Assembly: GCA_035260565.1 (NCBI GenBank)
Contig: DATFVA010000454.1
Location: forward strand, 1 to 35,533
DNA: 35,533 nt
Direction of reading: 5' to 3'
From: Ignavibacteriaceae bacterium
GTDB taxonomy: Bacteria > Bacteroidota > Ignavibacteria > Ignavibacteriales > Ignavibacteriaceae
Position 1 is the stretch's first letter. Every line of letters starts with the position of its first letter. Made by a program: the position numbers and the translations under genes. A model generated the notes under the pieces. The model was not told the origin of the DNA, made no database searches, and saw only the letters and a program-made list of their open reading frames with translations. Below, one piece after another: positions 17,431 to 24,395 of the stretch.

Positions 17431-17720
17431 TGCCGGATATAGAAATAATTGATGACAGGCCACATAGTAAATTTTATATTCCAATTGATGGTAAGAAAGC
17501 ATTCATAAAGTACAGAATGAGGAATGAAAGTACGATTGAATACATTACAACCTTTGTCCCCGAAGAATACCGCGGTAAACCGTACGCCCGCCTCCTTGTT
17601 GAATACGCTCTGAACTATGCACGTGAGAAGAAATTAAGGGTAGTTCCTACCTGTCCCTACATAACTAAGTTTCTCAGTAAAAATGAAGCGGAATATAAAG
17701 ATATTCAAATTGAGAAATAA
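17430..17720 (+). CDS. YjdJ-type mini-GNAT paralogue with altered cofactor-loop motif
   Basis: 96-aa ORF. Its ATG overlaps the upstream TAA by 1 nt (taATG). It has the same architecture, but the loop reads RGKPYA instead of RGKGIA. Confidence 0.7.
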   Translation: MPDIEIIDDRPHSKFYIPIDGKKAFIKYRMRNESTIEYITTFVPEEYRGKPYARLLVEYALNYAREKKLRVVPTCPYITKFLSKNEAEYKDIQIEK

Positions 17721-17782
17721 AGAGGCTGCTCCAAAAGTTTATAAGGTACCGCATTTAACCAGAAGACAGCCTCTTTTTTACT

Positions 17783-18211
17783 TTATTTAAGTTTTGCATC
17801 AAGAATCATTTCAACACTTTTTAATGCTTTCGAGACCGGGCACCCTTTTTTTGTATCTGCAGCATGTTTTTGAAAAGTAGAGTCATCTATTCCCTCAATC
17901 TCGGCTACGGTATTAATATCTATCCTTGTAATTGTAAACCCATCATCGGTCTTTTCTAAATGTACAAAATCTTCGGTTTCTATCGAATTTACTTTGAAAC
18001 CTGCCTTTGCGAGAGAGTTTGCCAAAGCCATTGAAAAACATCCTGCATGTGCTGCGCCGAGAATTTCCTCAGGATTTGTCTGGTTCCCTGTTTCAAACCT
18101 CGATTTGGCATTGTAAGCTGTATTCTTTAATACACCTGTTTCTGTATTGAGAACTCCTTTTCCCTCCATGAGGTTACCGCTCCATTGTGCACTAGCTTTT
18201 CTTACAGGCAT
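17783..18211 (-). CDS. osmC: OsmC-family peroxiredoxin / osmotically inducible protein C
   Basis: The two conserved Cys contexts AHAGCFSMAL and KKGCPVSKAL are present. I chose the start at MPVRKASAQWSG, which has the strong SD aaggag upstream; the ORF track starts at 18256. Confidence 0.9.
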   Translation of the reverse strand: MPVRKASAQWSGNLMEGKGVLNTETGVLKNTAYNAKSRFETGNQTNPEEILGAAHAGCFSMALANSLAKAGFKVNSIETEDFVHLEKTDDGFTITRIDINTVAEIEGIDDSTFQKHAADTKKGCPVSKALKSVEMILDAKLK

Positions 18212-18458
18212 AATTGCTCCTTTCTTTGAAGAATATTTGAAGAATTGATCTAACAAAGATACTAACTATTTTATATTTACTAATGAAAATGGATGATTCA
18301 TATATCACAATATTTAATCCCATATATTTTATAAACTTGTATAAATGATATCAGATGACGTTATTTCGGGACAACACTGATTTTTCAGAGATGATTATTG
18401 TGGTAGAATTTTTATTTTCATTTTCTGATTTTCGAATAACCTTTACAGACCGGATACT

Positions 18459-19229
18459 ATGAATTTATTTTCACGATTGCATATTTATAACCTTATAATT
18501 TTTATTGTTCTGATTTTCTGCAGTTCCTCTGCTTTTCCTCAGCAAATTGAAAGAGAGGCTAAAACCAATTTATCCTCAAGGAATCATTTCGGCGTATTTC
18601 AGTACCGTTCCAAATCAAACGATAAAAAATCAGGTCCTGAATTCAGAAACTACTCCAGGAATTATTTTCACTTAGATACCGAAGAGAACTCCTTATGGAA
18701 TGGAAGACACTGGAATAAGAAGGATTATCCTTTAAAGGTGTACATCAATAAATCTAAACTAAGAGATTTCAGACCGGTGTTTTATAGTTACATCAATTAC
18801 GCAATGGAAGTTTGGGAAAGCGCTGATAAAAGGATAAGATTCGAATTAGTATCAACTGAAGATTCTGCAAATGTTATTATAAGTTTTGTGAACAACCTTG
18901 AGCCTGAATACGAAGAAAACTTCCTGGGTGTCACTAAAACCAATTTTTCTAAAGAGAACAATTATGAAATCACGAAAGCTGTCGTACAGCTTGGATTATC
19001 AAAGTTTAGGAATAAAAGGGTAGCTGACGGTGAAATGAAAGCTGCGATTGTGCATGAAATCGGGCATGTTTTAGGATTGGGTCATAGTGAGAATGATAAA
19101 GATATAATGTATCCTTATATAGATCCTCTATGGAATAAAAATATGGACTTTAATGAATTATCATCGGGGGATTTCCTGGCTATCCATTCGTTAACGGATC
19201 TGGGGTTCAGGACCACTAAAGATAATTAA
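18459..19229 (+). CDS. Secreted matrixin-like (M10/metzincin) zinc metalloprotease
   Basis: It has a signal peptide, the metzincin motif HEIGHVLGLGH (HExxHxxGxxH) and the downstream Met-turn DIMYP. Confidence 0.8.
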   Translation: MNLFSRLHIYNLIIFIVLIFCSSSAFPQQIEREAKTNLSSRNHFGVFQYRSKSNDKKSGPEFRNYSRNYFHLDTEENSLWNGRHWNKKDYPLKVYINKSKLRDFRPVFYSYINYAMEVWESADKRIRFELVSTEDSANVIISFVNNLEPEYEENFLGVTKTNFSKENNYEITKAVVQLGLSKFRNKRVADGEMKAAIVHEIGHVLGLGHSENDKDIMYPYIDPLWNKNMDFNELSSGDFLAIHSLTDLGFRTTKDN

Positions 19230-19395
19230 TTTACAACCCGTCTAAAGGTCGGGGAGGTAATAATCAGATGATTTGAGGCCTTTAGCAGGCTTGCTGGAGG
19301 CCGAAGAGAAACCGGGTAGGTTTATCAATTTAGCTGTAAACTATGTAGAGGAATACTGACCTTCGTTATTATCTGCAAGTTCCCTTACGGCAAAT

Positions 19396-19428
19396 TAAAA
19401 AGGGAAATCTCAAAATTCAAGATTTCCC
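19396..19428 (-). terminator. Rho-independent terminator of the small OM protein gene
   Basis: A 9-bp perfect stem gggaaatct (19402-19410) / agatttccc (19420-19428) is followed on the minus strand by ttttt. It lies about 55 nt downstream of the stop at 19486. Confidence 0.7.
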
Positions 19429-19485
19429 AACAAAGAATATTCTTAATAAATTTTACTTGAAGGCAGCCCTGAGAATGTCTATTAA

Positions 19486-19980
19486 TTAAGGGTAAAACCT
19501 TACGCCCAATCCTACATCCACCCCGGAATCAAAAGCAGGGGCAAATGCAAGCAGGACTCCTATCTCAAAAAATGCTTCAATAGGCGTATCCCTGGGGACT
19601 AAATTTACACCGACTACGCCTCTTGCACCTATTCCAACATCACCGCTTGCCCTGTGATAGCGTCCATCATACCAGAATCCATTTCCTTCACCAACGCCTA
19701 TTACTCCGCCGGGGCCGGCATATAAATTCGCTATCGGCGATTTAAATGCATTAAAATGCCACAAATAATCTACTCCTATCCTTGGACTACCGAAATAGGA
19801 TGCGCCGATATCAATTACAAAGGCGTTATCCCTTTGCGTCCAGAATTTCAAAGTTCCACCCAGAGGGTCACCGACCATAATTCCAAATCCAAATTCTCTT
19901 CCATACGGTGAGTAGGTCTGGGCTTCAGATATACCGGAAATCACTAATAACAGTACAGTTATAATTATATATCTCTTCAT
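19486..19980 (-). CDS. Small glycine-rich secreted / outer-membrane protein (family not recognised)
   Basis: I chose the start at MKRYIIITVLLLVISGISEAQ (signal peptide); the ORF track starts at 20061. The Gly/aromatic-rich alternating pattern suggests a small beta-barrel. Confidence 0.6.
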   Translation of the reverse strand: MKRYIIITVLLLVISGISEAQTYSPYGREFGFGIMVGDPLGGTLKFWTQRDNAFVIDIGASYFGSPRIGVDYLWHFNAFKSPIANLYAGPGGVIGVGEGNGFWYDGRYHRASGDVGIGARGVVGVNLVPRDTPIEAFFEIGVLLAFAPAFDSGVDVGLGVRFYP

Positions 19981-20233
19981 TTTTTTGGTTATCCTTTTTC
20001 TTTTAGAAAAATATACTGAAATCTTTGAATAAATTTTGGATAAAAAAATAGACAGAATCACATTCTATCCGGCTTTTTTCGACCCGTTTGGACAGAAACA
20101 GCTTAAGATGTTATCCCACTCACTTGTCTATACTACCGATTGGGTTAACTTGAATTCCATAAAAATAATACTTAATCTTGTTATAAATCCAGAATATTTA
20201 AATCTAATAAGAAAAAAAATCAGAGGGAATACT

Positions 20234-21538
20234 ATGAACAGTAATTCCGGATTATCATATGTTTCTGAATATAAAAGGATTTATGATGATCGAGATGTTT
20301 TACTCAAAAGATATAAATCCGTAAGGAATTTTTTCAACATTTTATGTGAACCCCTTAAGACTGAGGATTACGTAATACAGTCGATGCCTGATGCAAGTCC
20401 TGTCAGGTGGCACCTTGCGCACACAAGCTGGTTCTTCGAAGCCTTTGTATTACAGAATGCAGTTAAAAATTATAAATCACTTCATCCCCAATACAGCTTT
20501 TTATTTAATTCTTATTACACTCAGATCGGGGAAAGGTTTACCAGGTCTATCCGGGGATTGCTTTCCAGGCCTACAGTTGAGGAAGTATATGAGTACCGGA
20601 AATATGTGGATGAAAATATAACAGAGTTTATGGAAAACTGTACAGATTCACAGCTAAAGGAATTCGGTCCCGTAATTGAAATCGGTATAAATCATGAACA
20701 GCAGCACCAGGAACTGATGCTCACCGACATTAAACATGTTTTTTCAATGAATCCCTTATACCCTGTTTATATTGATACATATGCTCCTGTAGTCGATTAT
20801 GTCCCAAAACAATCTTTTATAAATTTTGATGAGGGTATATACGAAATCGGTCACCCTGGGAATGATTTCGGTTATGACAATGAATTCCCCAGACATAAAG
20901 AATATACAAAACCATTCGGACTGGGCAACAGGCTGGTAACAAACCGTGAATATATAGATTTTATTGAGGACAACGGATATAAAAACACTGAACTGTGGCT
21001 TTCAGATGGATTTTCAACCGTCGAAAGGGAAAAGTGGAGCGGCCCGTTGTACTGGGCAAAGCAGGATGGTGAATGGTGGAATTTTAAGTTAACCGGATTT
21101 CATAAAGTAGACCTTAATGAACCTGTTTGCCATATTAGTTATTATGAGGCTGATGCATACGCGAGATGGGCAGGATACCGGCTGCCAACAGAAGCAGAAT
21201 GGGAAATTGCGGCAGGAAATCTTCCGATCTCAGGCAACTTTGTAGAAAACGGCAACTTCCATCCAATAGCTATACCTGAAGAAGAAGATAATTCATTGAA
21301 ACAGATGTATGGAGACACCTGGGAATGGACGATGAGTCCATATATTCCTTACCCGGGATATAAAACGCTGCCTGGTGCTTTAGGAGAATACAATGGAAAA
21401 TTTATGTCGAACCAGATGATTTTGAGGGGCGGCTCATGTGCAACTTCAAAATCTCATATACGGAGATACTACAGAAATTTCTTTTACCCGGGGAGCAGGT
21501 GGCAGTTTATGGGAATTCGTTTAGCTAAAAATAATTAG
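20234..21538 (+). CDS. egtB: Ergothioneine biosynthesis sulfoxide synthase EgtB-like (DinB_2 plus FGE-sulfatase domains)
   Basis: The N-terminal DinB-like metal site has RWHLAHTSWFFE and NHEQQHQELMLTDIKH. The C-terminal FGE-like domain has GYRLPTEAEWE and RGGSCATS...YRNFFYPGSRWQFMGIRLAK. I chose the start at ATG 20234 (MNSNSG); the upstream 66 codons of the ORF track overlap the divergent gene. Confidence 0.85.
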   Translation: MNSNSGLSYVSEYKRIYDDRDVLLKRYKSVRNFFNILCEPLKTEDYVIQSMPDASPVRWHLAHTSWFFEAFVLQNAVKNYKSLHPQYSFLFNSYYTQIGERFTRSIRGLLSRPTVEEVYEYRKYVDENITEFMENCTDSQLKEFGPVIEIGINHEQQHQELMLTDIKHVFSMNPLYPVYIDTYAPVVDYVPKQSFINFDEGIYEIGHPGNDFGYDNEFPRHKEYTKPFGLGNRLVTNREYIDFIEDNGYKNTELWLSDGFSTVEREKWSGPLYWAKQDGEWWNFKLTGFHKVDLNEPVCHISYYEADAYARWAGYRLPTEAEWEIAAGNLPISGNFVENGNFHPIAIPEEEDNSLKQMYGDTWEWTMSPYIPYPGYKTLPGALGEYNGKFMSNQMILRGGSCATSKSHIRRYYRNFFYPGSRWQFMGIRLAKNN

Positions 21539-22488
21539 TGAGATTTATGTATTACGCATCAAAAAAAGAAAACGAAATTCTTAATACGGTACTTCAGGGT
21601 TTAACAAAACCGCAGAAAGAACTGCCGAGCAAGTTATTTTATGATGAAAGAGGTTCGCAGCTTTTTGATGAAATAACAAAACTGGAAGAATATTATCCTA
21701 CCAGGACTGAAATGCAGATTCTGGAAAATAATATAAAGGAAATAGGCGGACTGCTGGGAGAAGGCACTCTACTGATTGAACTTGGAAGCGGCAGCAGCAG
21801 GAAAATCAGACTCTTACTTAACAATATTCCGGGCCTTGCTGCATATGTTCCGATTGATATATCTGAAGAACACCTAATCAATGCTGCGGACAACCTTTCA
21901 CTTGATTATCCTGAACTCACAATATTTCCTCTTGTTGCAGACTACACAAAGGAGTTCACTCTCCCCCGAATCAGTAAACCATATGATCATATTTCGGCTT
22001 TTTACCCCGGTTCCACAATCGGAAATTTCAAGCCTGAAGAAGCAAAAGAATTTCTATACAGAATATCCAGATTTATAGGCAGGAACGGCGGTATGATAAT
22101 CGGCGTAGATCTTAAGAAAGATAAAGAAACCCTGGAATGTGCGTACAACGACAATAAAGGGGTTACAGCTGAATTTAATCTGAATATTCTAAACCACATA
22201 AACAATGAGACAGGATCTGATTTTAATACAAGTAATTTCCATCACCTTGCTTTCTACAATAAAGAAAAAGGACGTATAGAAATGCATTTGATAAGTGATG
22301 AAAATCAGAAAGTCAGAATGAACGGAACAGTTATTAACTTAAAGAAAAATGATGATATCCTTACCGAATATTCGTATAAATACACATTAGATGAATTCAA
22401 AGCACTTATTGACGATTTTTTCTATGTAAAAAATGTCTGGCTTGATCCCAAAGGTCTTTTTAGTATCCAATACCTGAGAGTAAAGTAA
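21538..22488 (+). CDS. egtD: L-histidine N-alpha-methyltransferase EgtD
   Basis: Motifs are LPSKLFYDERGSQLFDEITKLEEYYPTRTE, ELGSGSSRK (SAM binding), YPGSTIGNF, GVTAEFNLNIL and RIEMHL. A GTG at 21538 overlaps the egtB TAG by 1 nt; the alternative ATG is at 21547. Confidence 0.9.
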   Translation: MRFMYYASKKENEILNTVLQGLTKPQKELPSKLFYDERGSQLFDEITKLEEYYPTRTEMQILENNIKEIGGLLGEGTLLIELGSGSSRKIRLLLNNIPGLAAYVPIDISEEHLINAADNLSLDYPELTIFPLVADYTKEFTLPRISKPYDHISAFYPGSTIGNFKPEEAKEFLYRISRFIGRNGGMIIGVDLKKDKETLECAYNDNKGVTAEFNLNILNHINNETGSDFNTSNFHHLAFYNKEKGRIEMHLISDENQKVRMNGTVINLKKNDDILTEYSYKYTLDEFKALIDDFFYVKNVWLDPKGLFSIQYLRVK

Positions 22489-22671
22489 TCGGCTCACCTG
22501 TTTATGCCCATCCTCATAATCCGATCAAGTGAAAATGTATAATCACATACAACTGCGATGAAATAGACTAATTTGTTTCTGCATTACAGAGAAGCGAGAG
22601 CTCAGATAATTAGGTCCTGGAATCTATAGCGTCACTAATTAACGATTGTTTTTTATTACGATACGCAAATT

Positions 22672-23871
22672 ATGATAAATACGGCAACTAAGAGAATTAA
22701 TTCTACAGAGAAAACTGCGGACACCCGGTATCCGGGACAGAAAACTTTTTCAACTAATTCATCTCACAAAAATCTATATATAAAAGAAAGCAGTTCTGAA
22801 GATATATATAACCGATGGCTGCAATATGTTGAGGGACATAAGGACTCGACTATCTACAATCATCCTTTATGGATAAAAGCTTTAGAATATGAGTATGAGA
22901 AAAATGCTATTGTTTTATATTGTGAAAACAATAATTCTGAGATAATGGGTGTATTGCCTTTAATGCCTACCCTGGGTGTTCCTTTTAAGAAGAAAGATCC
23001 GGTAACAGCCAAAAGATTTTCTTCCTTACCAAGAACCCCGTATGGCGGTTTTCTATTTGATAATTATTATGTAAGGGATTTATTAATAAGGAGGGGGATT
23101 AAAAAAATTCAGAAAAATCCTAATACTCTACTGCAGTTAAAAAGCTGCGAAGCTAATCTTGGTGAAAATATAACTGGTCTTAAAAGAATTCCCTGGAGAT
23201 CCTCATATTATATCGAGCTTACAGAACGTCCGGATTTATTGCGGTTCGGCAGCAGGAAACAGCATTATAACCGCAGAAGGGATGTTGCAAACGCCAGGAA
23301 ATCGGGTTTGTATGTAAGGCAGGGATATTCTGCAGAAGATCTCCAGAACTGGTATAAATTATATGCGGAAACTATGAGATGGCATGCTGTACCTGTCAGG
23401 CCGTTCCGTTTTTTCAGATTTCTCCAGGAGAATCTTGAACCTAAAAATATGTTTTCACTACTTCTTGCAGAATCGTATGAAGGCACAAAAACTGTAATCC
23501 ATTCAGGTTCAATATTTCTGAGATTCAATAAAACTATTTTTTATGCATTCAACGGCAGGAAGGAATCTGCATTTACGACAAACGCCAATGACTTAATACA
23601 ATGGGAAATCATTCATCATTCCTGCAAAGAAGGTTATAAATATTACAATATGGGGGAAGTCTCAGATAATAACGGCGGCCTTGCAAAGTTTAAATCAAAA
23701 TGGGGATGCTCTGCAAAGACTATATATCATTACTATAATGATAATGCAGATACTATTAATTACGCAGATATTGATACGGTTAAAAACTACAGCACTTACA
23801 AAAGGTATTGGAGGATGCTGCCGATTGGAATAACCAATGCTTTAGGTATAATAGTCAACAGGTTTCTATAG
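22672..23871 (+). CDS. FemAB-like / Acetyltransf_6-type GNAT-fold protein (aminoacyl- or acyl-transferase), function unknown
   Basis: 399-aa ORF with a low-complexity N-terminus followed by a two-lobed FemAB-like layout (HPLWIKALE..., C-terminal YYNMGEVS...GLAKFKSKWG). The call is from general resemblance and the confidence is moderate. Confidence 0.6.
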   Translation: MINTATKRINSTEKTADTRYPGQKTFSTNSSHKNLYIKESSSEDIYNRWLQYVEGHKDSTIYNHPLWIKALEYEYEKNAIVLYCENNNSEIMGVLPLMPTLGVPFKKKDPVTAKRFSSLPRTPYGGFLFDNYYVRDLLIRRGIKKIQKNPNTLLQLKSCEANLGENITGLKRIPWRSSYYIELTERPDLLRFGSRKQHYNRRRDVANARKSGLYVRQGYSAEDLQNWYKLYAETMRWHAVPVRPFRFFRFLQENLEPKNMFSLLLAESYEGTKTVIHSGSIFLRFNKTIFYAFNGRKESAFTTNANDLIQWEIIHHSCKEGYKYYNMGEVSDNNGGLAKFKSKWGCSAKTIYHYYNDNADTINYADIDTVKNYSTYKRYWRMLPIGITNALGIIVNRFL

Positions 23872-23877
23872 AGCTGA

Positions 23878-24378
23878 TTATTCCATAGGCTTCATGCCCA
23901 TAGATGCCCATTCTTCAAATGAAGGGCCATATACGCCGGCAACTTTTAATCCTGCCTGCCTCATTACAATGGTCAGTTGTCCCCTATGATGTATCTGATG
24001 CTTTATTAACGAGGCTAAGACTTTCCGTTTCTGCCAGTTTTCTCCGAACATTGAAATTTCTTCATCCAGGCTATCATCATTCCATTGCTGTCTAACGGCA
24101 GCTGTTAACGCTGCCGACAAGTCTGCATAGGTCAGGTATATTCTTTCGGCCTGCTCAGGAACAGGTTCATTCCTATCTATTGTTCCGATTGACAAACCCG
24201 TCCTGGAAATCATTTCACTCATTGATAATGTAATATGCCAGGCAAGTCTTCCCGCCGACCGCACATTATCATTTGGTTTAAATTTCAATGAACCATCGGT
24301 TAGATTCTTAAAAAGGTGCAGCGTGGATTCACTCTCAAATACCCAATCCTGCAGAAATTCATCTAATGTATGATACAT
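23878..24378 (-). CDS. DinB-family (four-helix-bundle, metal-binding) protein
   Basis: 166-aa ORF with the spaced His pattern typical of DinB (AWHITLSM ... KHQIHHRGQL). It starts 17 nt downstream of the valS stop on the same strand. Confidence 0.8.
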   Translation of the reverse strand: MYHTLDEFLQDWVFESESTLHLFKNLTDGSLKFKPNDNVRSAGRLAWHITLSMSEMISRTGLSIGTIDRNEPVPEQAERIYLTYADLSAALTAAVRQQWNDDSLDEEISMFGENWQKRKVLASLIKHQIHHRGQLTIVMRQAGLKVAGVYGPSFEEWASMGMKPME

Positions 24379-24395
24379 TCCCCAATCCTTAATTG

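Noticed and set aside
17721-17782. Possible bidirectional terminator between the GNAT pair and osmC (agaggctg ... cagcctct followed by tttttt).
   Set aside because: The 8-bp arms are separated by a loop of about 37 nt, which is atypical for an intrinsic terminator. It may still function but I cannot support it as a feature.
20036-20233. 66-codon N-terminal extension of egtB in the ORF track. Similar 5' extensions occur at 9849-9890, 9725-9772, 18212-18256, 19981-20061, 29184-29234 and 34267-34287.
   Set aside because: The extensions overlap divergent genes or promoter regions. They also precede internal Met codons that give canonical family N-termini or signal peptides and have better SD sequences.
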